A stretch of 64,000 bases of DNA from an uncultured virus (IMG/VR IMGVR_UViG_3300047564_005685) (IMGVR_UViG_3300047564_005685), one strand, 5' to 3'; shown: positions 9,847 through 19,282, counted from the first letter of the stretch. The notes: generated by a model not told the origin, from the sequence alone. Translations and numbers: made by a program.

Positions 9847-10268
9847 CAGATGACCCTGATCGCCATAGCGCCGACATTGAACTGAACAGTGTCGCCCTGC
9901 TGGACACTGACAGGCGTTGTCAGTTCACCGCTAGCCAGGAAGTTACCTCCAGTGACGGCATCCCAGACGCCAAAATGCGTCAACGTCACCGTCGAGCCAT
10001 TGGCTGCGTTCGTCGTGATCTGAACCACGTATGAATTCGTGATTTCACGGCCGCCGCCGGATGCGTTACCAACGGCGCTGAACGCGCTTGACGCCACCGT
10101 GGTGCGATTGGCCGTACCGGTCACGGAAGTCGTGGCATCGTCTACCGTGCCATTCACGCCTGGGTTGCCAGAGTGAATCGAGATGTGGACATTGCTGAGG
10201 GCCGCCGGGAAGGACACGCCCTTCACCCAAGTCAGGATCCTATCCGCCAGGTATTGAGAAAATGCCAT
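9846..10268 (-). CDS. Putative virion structural protein
   Basis: TLTHFGVWDAVTGGNFL..G.L...V..GD motif common in small tail-associated proteins. Confidence 0.65.
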   Translation of the reverse strand: MAFSQYLADRILTWVKGVSFPAALSNVHISIHSGNPGVNGTVDDATTSVTGTANRTTVASSAFSAVGNASGGGREITNSYVVQITTNAANGSTVTLTHFGVWDAVTGGNFLASGELTTPVSVQQGDTVQFNVGAMAIRVI

Positions 10269-10274
10269 TGCTGT

Positions 10275-11075
10275 TTAGTAGCCGTAGCCGTACGGCTTCC
10301 TAGCTGTCATCGTAGCGATATTCACGTTGCGCCCCGTCGCTGTACCGCTGATTCGATAGTTTTGCTGGAGCCTGCCGTACGGTTCCATGCGACCAATGGC
10401 CGCGCCTCTCATGATCGAAAGCGTCAAGGAAATAGGCATGGACCCTCCTGATTTCCCGCTTAGGTTCTTCACCTTGGCGGGCGCAAGGGGTGTCCCAATC
10501 GCGATGCAGGTCCCGGATGCGCTACCAGCGAGCTTGACCAATGCAACACGCGCTATGGGTTCGCCACGGAGCCGAACGACGCCCTGGCATTCCAAGTAAC
10601 GTTGCACCAGGGCATCCACGGAAAAAGGGGTTTCGCGCCACTGGTTCGTGCTGACCGTGAAATAGTAGGTACCCGGTGGCATTCGATCCAGAACCCCACT
10701 GTTGGCGCTGTTATGAATGGGCGCCATGTACGCAAAACCGTTTTCACCGAGCGGCAACGGATTGTGATCTGCGTCCAAAACGCCGACGCTGATGGTGCGG
10801 TCCGTGATTGGACGATCCATGCGCTTGACGATGCCGATCTTGGCGATAGCACTCGTCTCAATGCGAAAGAACAGGGTGGAGCGCCCTGTATGCCCACCCA
10901 CGATCCCGGTTAGACGCGCACCGAAGTTATCAACGCGACCGAGCTCTCGGGATTTGCTGAGTGAGTTGTACTGCAGATAGGCTGGTCGGACAAAAGAAGG
11001 CGCCGTGTTATCGCTGCCTCCATATGTCCGCCGATACGCTTCCTGCTGGGAGGACTGATCCAGTAAAGACGCCAC
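10275..11075 (-). CDS. Hypothetical protein (beta-rich, probably structural)
   Basis: 266-aa ORF ending 6 nt before the next minus-strand gene. Confidence 0.55.
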   Translation of the reverse strand: MASLLDQSSQQEAYRRTYGGSDNTAPSFVRPAYLQYNSLSKSRELGRVDNFGARLTGIVGGHTGRSTLFFRIETSAIAKIGIVKRMDRPITDRTISVGVLDADHNPLPLGENGFAYMAPIHNSANSGVLDRMPPGTYYFTVSTNQWRETPFSVDALVQRYLECQGVVRLRGEPIARVALVKLAGSASGTCIAIGTPLAPAKVKNLSGKSGGSMPISLTLSIMRGAAIGRMEPYGRLQQNYRISGTATGRNVNIATMTARKPYGYGY

Positions 11076-11242
11076 CTACTTTTAGCCAGTAGGCACCATG
11101 CTAGTTCGCTCTGCTAAACTCCCAGGCGCCGCCGCACGGGGATCAATCGCACGGCGGTCACTCACCAGCCAAGGGAAACGGCAAAAACCCAGGCTCCTGG
11201 AAAAAAGCCCCTGACGCCGTTCTTCTTCGGGGCTGATTAAAT

Positions 11243-11824
11243 CTAGCGAACTCCACTGCGCAGGCCTCGACGCATCGAGACATGAACGTGGGGGTAGACG
11301 CGCTTGGCAAAACGTTCGGACTCCTCGGGGCTCAGCTCGATAGCGAAGCCGCCCTTCGTGGTGATCTCTTCCGTAGCCCCAAAGCCATGACTGTCCAGGA
11401 GCAATGCGGCAGACGTGGTCAGCGGCTTTGAGCGGAAATTAGCAAAGGAGATCCGCGTCCCATCCGAACGCCCCCGATCGCACCAGAGAGTGCGGAGCCC
11501 GTGCTCGCCTGCAATGTCCATGGCGATACGGGTGACCTGTTTTTCATCGCGGGGATAAAGCAAGTCGTAAATATGCTGCATCTCAGGACAATGCACCAAC
11601 AAGCGGTGGTCGTCATAAAAGCCGCGTGTGGGGATCGTCAGGATTTCGCTCTCCAGCTGACCCGGGTATGACGCACGCAGTTGCCGCTGGATATGGCGCA
11701 AGTAGGTTAACTCGAGCTCAGAGCGCTGCAGCATCATCCAGGGGCGTCGCTTCCTGCCCAGGTGCTGAATCCTGCCGCTCCACATACAGTAGCTGAGTGC
11801 GGTGGCCACGAATTGAACTGACAT
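11243..11824 (-). CDS. Degenerate LAGLIDADG-like protein
   Basis: IYDLLYPRDEKQVT...GLRTLWCDRG resembles the LAGLIDADG_2 linker and second helix; the first helix lacks the acidic DG (ALSYCMWSG). Confidence 0.5.
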   Translation of the reverse strand: MSVQFVATALSYCMWSGRIQHLGRKRRPWMMLQRSELELTYLRHIQRQLRASYPGQLESEILTIPTRGFYDDHRLLVHCPEMQHIYDLLYPRDEKQVTRIAMDIAGEHGLRTLWCDRGRSDGTRISFANFRSKPLTTSAALLLDSHGFGATEEITTKGGFAIELSPEESERFAKRVYPHVHVSMRRGLRSGVR

Positions 11825-12425
11825 CCCACTGGTTGCTGTTGAACAGGTGTTGGCGACTTCTCGGTGCGTAAGAGCTCAGGGCATCCTTGAGCTTGCGAGA
11901 TTGCTCGGCGTCAAACCACAGCCGGGGCCTGACGCGCTCAAGATCGACCTGGGAAACGGCCCCCGTGAGCATCTCCAGCCACTGCTGCACCAGGAGCGCT
12001 TCCTGCGTGCTGAGCCCAACGCGCGCCAGTTCGGTCGTGCCGCCGGCTTGCGGCCGAGCGCCTTCTGCCCAGAGCCACGCGGCTGCTTGCGCCCCGAGCA
12101 TGTCGATCACCGTGCTGGTGATCCGGCGCTCGCCGCGAGGGTACAGCAAGTTGTAGATCGGGAACAGCTTGCTGGTGGAGACGCGAAATCGCAGGACGGG
12201 AGTGGTCTTGCCATTCGAGCGCGGCGTCGTGTTGTAGGGAACAATCTGGGCCTTGGTGGGCAGAAAATGGCGGAAGTCGGCGACCTTATCCTCCAGGAAT
12301 GCGGACTCCGACGGACCAGCGGTCAGGGTCAACTGCACATAACCCCCGCCAGGAGCGCGATATGGGGCAAGGCTGCCGTCCGCCAGCAGCAAACCCAGCA
12401 GGCCCCGGACGTCAGCAGCGTCCAA
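11718..12425 (-). CDS. Free-standing LAGLIDADG-family protein
   Basis: LLGLLLADGSL first helix, IYNLLYPRGERRIT linker, AAAWLWAEG second helix; AGGGAG RBS before the TTG start. Confidence 0.75.
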   Translation of the reverse strand: MDAADVRGLLGLLLADGSLAPYRAPGGGYVQLTLTAGPSESAFLEDKVADFRHFLPTKAQIVPYNTTPRSNGKTTPVLRFRVSTSKLFPIYNLLYPRGERRITSTVIDMLGAQAAAWLWAEGARPQAGGTTELARVGLSTQEALLVQQWLEMLTGAVSQVDLERVRPRLWFDAEQSRKLKDALSSYAPRSRQHLFNSNQWDVSSIRGHRTQLLYVERQDSAPGQEATPLDDAAAL

Positions 12426-12515
12426 AGTTTCTCCCTATAAAACACTACTATAGTAAGAGACAGGAGGCGCTTAGCGCGCTTTCTCGTACCTTGACAATTT
12501 GGAGCGTTTCATCCC

Positions 12516-13142
12516 ATGTGGATTGATAACGATTTTCCGAAGCTGCTTGGTGCTGAGCTTTATCGGCCACATCCTTCTTACATCGTTGAGATGGCTGTGG
12601 AGCCGGTTGTTGTGCATGATTTTGCTAAGCAACCGGGACAGACTGTGCAACTTGATCGATACCGCTTCTGGGGTGCTCCTGGCACCAAAGATAGCCGTGA
12701 ACGCACAGCTGATCAAACGCTCGGTACCGCATCTTCGCGTAGCATCGTGAAGGATAAGGTTCTGGTTTCTCTCAAAGAATATACCGGACCCGCAGATCCT
12801 ACCGATGTTTCTGCACCTTCTACGTTCAAGATCGCAAGGGAGACCTTGCTTACCGCCCAGCGCATGTTGCTGGATACTGGTAATCTGAATGTCTTCCATC
12901 AATCGATCGGAAGCCTTACGCTTTTGGACGATTATCGCCGCTGGCGCGATCGCGTCTTCTGCGATGAATTGTTCAAAGCTGAAGGCAATGGAGCTGCAGA
13001 TAGCACCAAAGGTGGCTACTACTATCCGCTGAAGAAAGCAAAGGCGTCTTCTGCGCCTTTCCTGACCTACGCGGCTGGTGAGTCGGCCAAATTCGATGTC
13101 AAGACCGACCTCCTCGAGGTGGTCAAAGACATGCGCAAGCGT
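12516..13142 (+). CDS. Major capsid protein, exon 1 (N4-gp56-like by recall)
   Basis: 209 codons ending ...KDMRKR at the U of a group I 5' splice site; HDFAKQPGQTVQLDRYRF capsid-like motif. Confidence 0.75.
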
Positions 13143-13494
13143 AAAGTAGTTGCGCTCGCCTAGGGCAATCTAGGCGCAAACATCCGGTGAATTGCTGGAA
13201 CCCCTTCTTCGCGTTCATCTCCCTACAACGTGGCCGGCGACGGCGAGCGTGAATGGTTGAAAAGAGGTGAATAGGGCGATCAGCAGCCAAGCTGGTCAGG
13301 AATGACTAGAAGGTTCAACGACTAGGCCGTACCCTCCAGGCCGGAGGATGAGGGCCAATAGCGCCGGAGAGCTAACACCAATGCTCTACGAAGATGGATT
13401 GGGTCAATAGAGGCCGCGGGACGCCCCATGCATTGGTGCTCTAGCTCAAGATATAGTCTACGCCCTGGGGATGAGAAACCCAGGGAGCTACGTG
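13143..13494 (+). mobile_element. Group I intron 1 (352 nt, no ORF)
   Basis: P GAATTGCTGGAA 13189, Q GATCAGCAGCC 13278, R GTTCAACGACTAG 13313, S AAGATATAGTCT 13448. P1 AGCGU/GCGCU with U.G wobble; terminal G at 13494; removal restores the frame. Confidence 0.9.
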
Positions 13495-13716
13495 AACGTC
13501 CCCACCTTCGCTGATGGGTACTACCGCTGCATTGCGGATCCCACCGCAATGATGCACCTGCGTCAGAACGACTCCTTCCGGGAGATCGCTCGTTACGCAG
13601 GTAATGGGATGGTCAACCCCATGCAACCGGAACTGGCCCCCAATGCCAGCTTCTTCCGTGGCATGGGCCCTGCTTACGGTCAGGCCGGCTTTGTTGCTGG
13701 TCAGCCCGTGATGCCT
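13495..13716 (+). CDS. Major capsid protein, exon 2
   Basis: 74 codons NVPTFADGYYRC...GQPVMP, phase 0 at both ends. Confidence 0.8.
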
Positions 13717-14822
13717 GAAACCATCGGGCCTGCATGATGCGAGTCATGCAGCAAACGGGGTGAATTGCGGGAATGCCTCCCTACTACGGCAAATCCGCAG
13801 CCAAGCCAGGCCACAACCTGGAAGGTTCAACGACTAGGTCCCGAGAGGAAACTCGGTAATGGACCCACGAGTGCCCCGCTACTTAACCATTTCAATCCAA
13901 GTATCTGCTTCCAGCTTCTTCCGCGTGATGCATGGGGCCCCAGCTCCGTAGGTCCACTGCAGGATCTTGCGAGGCTTGCCGCCAAAGGTCATCGTGAAGA
14001 AGGTTTTGCCAGACGGCAAAACGCGACTGTGTATAACTGGCTCGACGGAAAAGCCTTCCGCCACCCAGCTCGACACAGTAAAGATAATCGCTTGAGAACA
14101 ACTGCAGAGGTATAAAGACTTCTTTTTGGCGCTAATATGGCCATCGCCGTCAAGAAGACCTCTTAAGCAATGCCCCCGCAGTTCACGAGGAATCGTCGAC
14201 GGCAGAAAATGCTGTTCAGTGTTCAAGGTGATCCCTTGGGACACGAGTGACTCAGTTAGCAAGCGACTATGAATCAGGAGGCGCCCCGATGGGCGTTTAC
14301 CTTTTCTCGTCACCCTCTCGCAGGATCCCCTGTAATTAAGCAGTTTTGCCAATCCATTCAGGACATCGGCATCGGGAAACTGCAGCTCAATTGAAGTAAA
14401 CTTCGCATTGGGCTTCAAGGATGTGTGACCATCGGCAGCAAGCAGGCCCAGGTAATAGGCCTTGTCCGGGCTGTCGATGTTCTGGAAGCAGTCAACCCTT
14501 AGATCTCTGTGCCAGGGATGAGCTGTGCCCTGTCCTGGGTGGAGCAACTGGCCGCCCTGCAACGAGCGCCTACAACCGGTGCTCTTCGTGAATGACTGGA
14601 TTCCGTGGCGTTTACGAAGCACAAAGAAACTAGACGTGGCAATACCAAGCAGCTTGGCTGCCTGGGTATCCGACCATTCGGATGCCAGTTTTCTGACGGT
14701 TTCTTCTGAGATCTCGAGTTTAACTCCCTGCATAGCAACGGTTAAGTAGATGAGATAGTCTGACCTCACGGGATGGCAAACCGCGAGAACTGGGGGATAA
14801 ACAACCCCAGGATAACATAGTG
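13717..14822 (+). mobile_element. Group I intron 2 (1106 nt) with antisense homing endonuclease
   Basis: P GAATTGCGGGAA 13762, Q AATCCGCAGCC 13792, R GTTCAACGACTAG 13825, S ATGAGATAGTCT 14750. P1 GCCU/GGGC; P8 CTACTTAACC/GGTTAAGTAG; terminal G at 14822. Confidence 0.9.
13879..14733 (-). CDS. Intron-encoded double-motif LAGLIDADG homing endonuclease
   Basis: KAYYLGLLAADG and CLRGLLDGDG motifs, N-terminal HTH-like segment. ATG 14733 chosen as start; the frame extends to 14769. Confidence 0.88.
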   Translation of the reverse strand: MQGVKLEISEETVRKLASEWSDTQAAKLLGIATSSFFVLRKRHGIQSFTKSTGCRRSLQGGQLLHPGQGTAHPWHRDLRVDCFQNIDSPDKAYYLGLLAADGHTSLKPNAKFTSIELQFPDADVLNGLAKLLNYRGSCERVTRKGKRPSGRLLIHSRLLTESLVSQGITLNTEQHFLPSTIPRELRGHCLRGLLDGDGHISAKKKSLYLCSCSQAIIFTVSSWVAEGFSVEPVIHSRVLPSGKTFFTMTFGGKPRKILQWTYGAGAPCITRKKLEADTWIEMVK

Positions 14823-15116
14823 AGCGGCTTTCTCTTCGAAGGCGTGCGCTGGTTCGAAAGCACCAACATGCCCGAGAAGAGCCTGCAGGTGACCATCACC
14901 GATGCGTCGATCACCAGTGCGGTGACGGTTGCATCCCCGATGCTGTTCTTCGGCCCTCAGGCCGTGGGCGTGGGCATCGGCGGCAACAATGCGCAGATCC
15001 TGCTGAACAATAACGACGATTTCAGTCGTTTCATCATCATGATCTGGTCGCTCTTCGCAGGTTTCGAAATCCTGAACAAGGACTTCGTCACCGTGGCTTA
15101 CTCCTTCGTCTACTGA
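14823..15116 (+). CDS. Major capsid protein, exon 3
   Basis: SGFLFEGVRWFES...FFGPQAVG...DDFSRF...W, typical capsid C-terminal pattern; spliced product about 380 aa. Confidence 0.8.
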   Translation, partial: SGFLFEGVRWFESTNMPEKSLQVTITDASITSAVTVASPMLFFGPQAVGVGIGGNNAQILLNNNDDFSRFIIMIWSLFAGFEILNKDFVTVAYSFVY

Positions 15117-15131
15117 TAGGAGGTAAAACCC

Positions 15132-15782
15132 ATGGCGAAGAAAATCTATCCCGGTAACTACGTCAACCGCCTGAGCTCCTATCAGGGCCAGCCGGTGGTT
15201 GCAGTCCCGGGTCGCGTTTACTACCACGTCACCGGTTACGCGCTGGTGCCCGACGACAATGTCGGTGCGACTTCGTTCGACGTGATCATCCCGTCCCCCG
15301 ATCGCCGGGCGGACGACAAGCCCCGGGCCAGTATCACTGGTCTGGTGGTCCCCGCTGGTGCCAGCATTTACCACCTCGGCCTGCGTGTGCCCGACATGCG
15401 CAAGGACCGTGGCGTCGGTACCGCGTTCTCGGGTCTCGTCGGCACCGATACCAACCGGCTCAAGCTGGCTGACGCCATCGGTAACGACGACACCATCACG
15501 ACCTCGGCCGCTTCGACGACCTCGAGCGAGTTGGCGGTGGCCAGTACGACCGTAGCCCCGAAAGCCACTGTCAAGAGCCTGGTCACGCCTGCCATCCTGG
15601 CTGGAAACGAGACCCTCAAGGTCTACGTGACCAATAGCTCTGGCACTTCGGCTGGCTCGGCCATTTACTCCACCCAGAAAGGCGGCACGCCGCTGATCGT
15701 TGAGGTGGCGTATTTCCTGTCCGACGCCGTGGCTGACCTCGGTGACGTGACGATTCCGTTCATCACCGAAACGAGCGGCTGA
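15132..15782 (+). CDS. Putative capsid decoration/minor capsid protein
   Basis: Strong AGGAGGT RBS, directly after the capsid gene and before a terminator. Confidence 0.55.
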   Translation: MAKKIYPGNYVNRLSSYQGQPVVAVPGRVYYHVTGYALVPDDNVGATSFDVIIPSPDRRADDKPRASITGLVVPAGASIYHLGLRVPDMRKDRGVGTAFSGLVGTDTNRLKLADAIGNDDTITTSAASTTSSELAVASTTVAPKATVKSLVTPAILAGNETLKVYVTNSSGTSAGSAIYSTQKGGTPLIVEVAYFLSDAVADLGDVTIPFITETSG

Positions 15783-15800
15783 CGCGCAGTCGTTAAACTT

Positions 15801-15829
15801 GGGGGCACCGGCATGGGGCCCCCTTTTTT
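15801..15829 (+). terminator. Intrinsic terminator after the capsid operon
   Basis: GGGGGC...GCCCCC followed by TTTTTT. Confidence 0.65.
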
Positions 15830-16261
15830 ATGGCGCTGTATCAGAACAAGCGGAATGGCCAGATCGTGGAGTTCATCAACTACCACGACACTGATTGGGC
15901 CATGGTCAAGAACGCGACCGGCTCCATCCAGTACGTCGCCCTGGTGGACCTGATCTCCTATGAGCCCGGAAAGGGTCGGACTGGCGAGACCCCTGCGCCG
16001 CAGCTGCCAAATGGCAGGGCCGACGAGGACACGATTCCTGAGTCGGTGATCCCTGTCGACACCCGGCTGAACATCAACGCCGCCAGCGCAGAAGCAATTG
16101 CCAAGACGGTCAAGGGCATCGGTTACGCCACTGCCAAAAAAATCGTGGAGCTTCGGATGAGCCTTTCCGGCGAGCGTTTCGCGAACCTCGACCAACTCCG
16201 TCGTATCGGCCGCGTGGACTGGGATCAGGTCATTGCTGACGACGTGATCTATGTCGGCTGA
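15830..16261 (+). CDS. Helix-hairpin-helix (ComEA-like) DNA-binding protein
   Basis: LNINAASAEAI..VKGIG..TAKKIVE.R...F..LDQL. Confidence 0.8.
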   Translation: MALYQNKRNGQIVEFINYHDTDWAMVKNATGSIQYVALVDLISYEPGKGRTGETPAPQLPNGRADEDTIPESVIPVDTRLNINAASAEAIAKTVKGIGYATAKKIVELRMSLSGERFANLDQLRRIGRVDWDQVIADDVIYVG

Positions 16262-16293
16262 ACGCTTAGAATCAAAAAAGGTCGCTGCTGCCG

Positions 16294-16779
16294 GTGGAGC
16301 TCGACAATTACAACAAGAGTCGCTGCCGCTGGCATCTTGGCGTGAACACAGGCGCCAATATCCCGGCGGGTGATGTCGCCCGTTTGGAAGAGGCGATGGC
16401 GCGGATCCCGGATTCCTATTTCTACGACCGCGTCACTGAGCACCTGGATCGCTGTGATAAGGCGTATGCCGTCTCACAGGTCTTCCGGGTCGCGGATCAA
16501 CCGCAGCCCAGCCGGATTGAGCGGATCACCGGTGATACCGACCGCGCGATCTTTCAGTCCGATCCGCTTAAGGCGGCCAAGGACTACCGAGAGGTCTACC
16601 TGCGGGAGGTGGATCTACTCGCCGAAACGCTCTACGTCGCGAACTACCGCCGAGAGGAAGTTCGTCGTTACGCATACGAGCGTGCCGGCGCTGAGTTCAT
16701 CATGGCCATCCCGGGGCCAGCAGACACAGCCGTGGGAACCCGCGTCCTGCAGGCGACAGGTTCCATGAATTGGAGGTAA
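16294..16779 (+). CDS. Hypothetical protein, possible head-tail connector
   Basis: 161-aa helical ORF; called from position only. Confidence 0.45.
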   Translation: MELDNYNKSRCRWHLGVNTGANIPAGDVARLEEAMARIPDSYFYDRVTEHLDRCDKAYAVSQVFRVADQPQPSRIERITGDTDRAIFQSDPLKAAKDYREVYLREVDLLAETLYVANYRREEVRRYAYERAGAEFIMAIPGPADTAVGTRVLQATGSMNWR

Positions 16780-16781
16780 GG

Positions 16782-18170
16782 ATGAGTTGGGTCAATGTGC
16801 CTGGTAAGGGACGGCGGTGGCGCAACGCGGACGGGTCATACAGCCTGGCATCTCCCAGCGGTCTAGCTCGAAGCCCTGTCTGGGGGCAGCTTGGCCAGGT
16901 CATTAGCGGAGCGAGCGCTCAGGGCTCCCGCTGGCTGCAGCAGCAGATGTCCCGTCCATTGCCGACATACGGTGACACGACCCGACGATTTTTCGGTGTC
17001 GACCTCGGACAACAAGCCAGTCCCTATGACGCGTGGTTGAATGCGCCTGTTCGCAGCGGAGGTGGCCAGCGCCCTAGGCCTTCGACTGCTTCGACCCTGT
17101 CTCCCGCCCCTGGCGCGCCGGGCTCTGGCGGTCGCACGTACGTATCTCCTTTTGCCGGCAGCAGAGACGCAGCAATCAATCGGGCACGCCAGATCTCCCC
17201 GACCGCGCCCATGGCGGTGGCTCAGCCCTCGGTTAATACGACTCCTCCTGGCCAGGGTGCACCTCCGGTGCTAACGACCTCCGCTGCTGACAACCGCCGC
17301 GCCGAGGTAAACCGGATGATCACCCAGGGCGGCGGGCGGCCCTTGCCTCCCCCGGTCGAGCTGAAACCCTATTGGGCACAGAACCCGGAGATCAAGCGCG
17401 CCGCCGAGGAAGGCCCCCGTGCTACCGATGTCGGCTACTCGGATCGCGCCGATATCCAGGAATGGATGAACGCCATGAACAAGACCGAAAGCGGTCGTGC
17501 CATGGTGAATCGCTTCCTTGAGCAGCAGCGAAAGCGTGGCCTGATCCAGGAGGACACGACCGCCGGTTACAGCCCGATGTTCACGCAGCAGCAGCTGGCG
17601 GAAGTCGATGCCGCGCAGTCCGCTGCCTTCAGCCAGGGCCGCGACAGGATTCTCGGCATGCAGGGGCAACTGGCTGAGCCTCCGCAGATCAACGCTCAAT
17701 ACGGCCCCGGATTCGAGAAGGGCGACCCAGTGAACTGGGACGCTGCCATGAACGCAACGCTGCCGCTGCCTGGTGGCCCGAATGCGCAGCGCCGCGAAGA
17801 GCTGAACCGCGTCCTCGAGATGCCGGGCTCCATGGTTGAGGCGCCCCCGTCAGCAGACCCGCGCTGGGCTGCCGGCTACCAGCAGGGGCCGGAGGTGAAC
17901 TGGAATGCTGCCGCGAACTCGACACTGAATGTGCCCGGGATGCCTGGCAATGTGAATCAGCCCATGACCACCGCTGCCGGCTATGGCGCCAATCCCGGCG
18001 TGGACTGGAACGCAGCCATGAATGCCGAGGTCGACACGCCTGCAGTGCGAGGCGACATGCTCACCATGGGCGAGCCTTACAACGACCCCGACGAGCAGCG
18101 CCGCATGGCAGCCGGTTTCCTGGGTAATCAGGTTGCAGGCCTGAAACGCTTCTGGAGAGGTGCACAGTGA
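16782..18170 (+). CDS. Hypothetical low-complexity protein, possible internal virion protein
   Basis: Three repeats P.V[ND]W[DN]AA.N; G/P/Q-rich. Confidence 0.55.
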   Translation: MSWVNVPGKGRRWRNADGSYSLASPSGLARSPVWGQLGQVISGASAQGSRWLQQQMSRPLPTYGDTTRRFFGVDLGQQASPYDAWLNAPVRSGGGQRPRPSTASTLSPAPGAPGSGGRTYVSPFAGSRDAAINRARQISPTAPMAVAQPSVNTTPPGQGAPPVLTTSAADNRRAEVNRMITQGGGRPLPPPVELKPYWAQNPEIKRAAEEGPRATDVGYSDRADIQEWMNAMNKTESGRAMVNRFLEQQRKRGLIQEDTTAGYSPMFTQQQLAEVDAAQSAAFSQGRDRILGMQGQLAEPPQINAQYGPGFEKGDPVNWDAAMNATLPLPGGPNAQRREELNRVLEMPGSMVEAPPSADPRWAAGYQQGPEVNWNAAANSTLNVPGMPGNVNQPMTTAAGYGANPGVDWNAAMNAEVDTPAVRGDMLTMGEPYNDPDEQRRMAAGFLGNQVAGLKRFWRGAQ

Positions 18171-18700
18171 TGAAAAGGCCTCAGGTCACCGATGGCATGA
18201 TCCTTGACGCCAAGCGGTACAAGGAGATCGGCGAGATGTTCGGTGGAAGTATTGGCCTCGTGCCAAACAATCCCGACGTATTCACCTCCCAAGGGGGTGG
18301 CGTTACGCCGTATCCCGAGTACGCGTCTCCTTTCGGCAGAGTCAATGTTCTGACGACGGGACAGAAAACGAATGTGTACAAGGATGGGTTCCTGCCCAAC
18401 CAAGACGTGGCGCCAATCGCCGGCCGGCTCACATCCGGTTTCGCCAGTGCAATGGCGCCGCAGGTCAGGGGTTCCGACGTTCCTGGCGCCACAGCAGACG
18501 CGGCGTTCCAGCCCGGCAGCCGACTGATGCCGGCGTCGGACCCGTTTGGGCGAATCGATGCAGCAATGCAGCAGAACGTGCCGCCGCCTCAGAACGTGCA
18601 GCCGATGGCCGTGTCGCCGGAAGCGCGTGGCATGTCGACATCCGTGGCCAGCCCCGGCGCTGGCCCGCAGCGCAATGTCCCACCTCCGCAGAAGGCTTAA
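18167..18700 (+). CDS. Hypothetical protein
   Basis: Overlapping start and stop with the previous gene. Confidence 0.55.
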   Translation: MMKRPQVTDGMILDAKRYKEIGEMFGGSIGLVPNNPDVFTSQGGGVTPYPEYASPFGRVNVLTTGQKTNVYKDGFLPNQDVAPIAGRLTSGFASAMAPQVRGSDVPGATADAAFQPGSRLMPASDPFGRIDAAMQQNVPPPQNVQPMAVSPEARGMSTSVASPGAGPQRNVPPPQKA

Positions 18701-18742
18701 TCGTCGCGGTTAGGATAGTTCCACGCAATCGAGAGCAGGATC

Positions 18743-19282
18743 TTGGCTAGTAGCGCCACCAATAAGCAGCCGTTGCTGGTTGATCGGCCGCTGCATGAAT
18801 TCCAGATCGTCGGTGGTGTCGCAGCTCTCAGTAGCGCCACCAATTACACGAGCATCATCCCCTCGGGCCTGTCTCTGCTGGTGGACTGCTTCGGGAACGA
18901 GGGCGCTGTCATTGACAGCCTGTCGATCCTGATCACGGAAGCCTCGACCACCCAGAGCTCGGTGCTGCTGTTCGTGAGCAGCGCCTCTAATTCCGGCAGT
19001 ATCACGACGACAAACACGGCCTACATCTGCGGCGCGGCCATCCCCGGCGGCAACACCGCTGGTCAGCGCGTCAACATCTCCCTGCCGCCACTGTCAGTGC
19101 CCGTGCCGTCTCTAGCGAGCCCGGCTGCAACCATGGCGACCTATCCGTCCGAAACGGACAAGAAGAACACCGGCCTCTACGTGCCGGCTGATCGCGCCCT
19201 CTACGTCGGCGTGACTGCTGCATTGAGCGCACCGAGCGCCGCAACCCGGGTGATTGTCGCCGCCCAGGGCGGATACTTCTGA
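18743..19282 (+). CDS. Hypothetical structural protein
   Basis: S/T/A-rich ORF coupled to the next gene. Confidence 0.55.
   Translation: MASSATNKQPLLVDRPLHEFQIVGGVAALSSATNYTSIIPSGLSLLVDCFGNEGAVIDSLSILITEASTTQSSVLLFVSSASNSGSITTTNTAYICGAAIPGGNTAGQRVNISLPPLSVPVPSLASPAATMATYPSETDKKNTGLYVPADRALYVGVTAALSAPSAATRVIVAAQGGYF

Noticed and set aside
13143..14822. Capsid pseudogene, sequencing frameshifts or intein
   Set aside because: The inserts contain stops and complete group I core motifs, and removing them restores the frame exactly. There are no intein Cys/His-Asn ends
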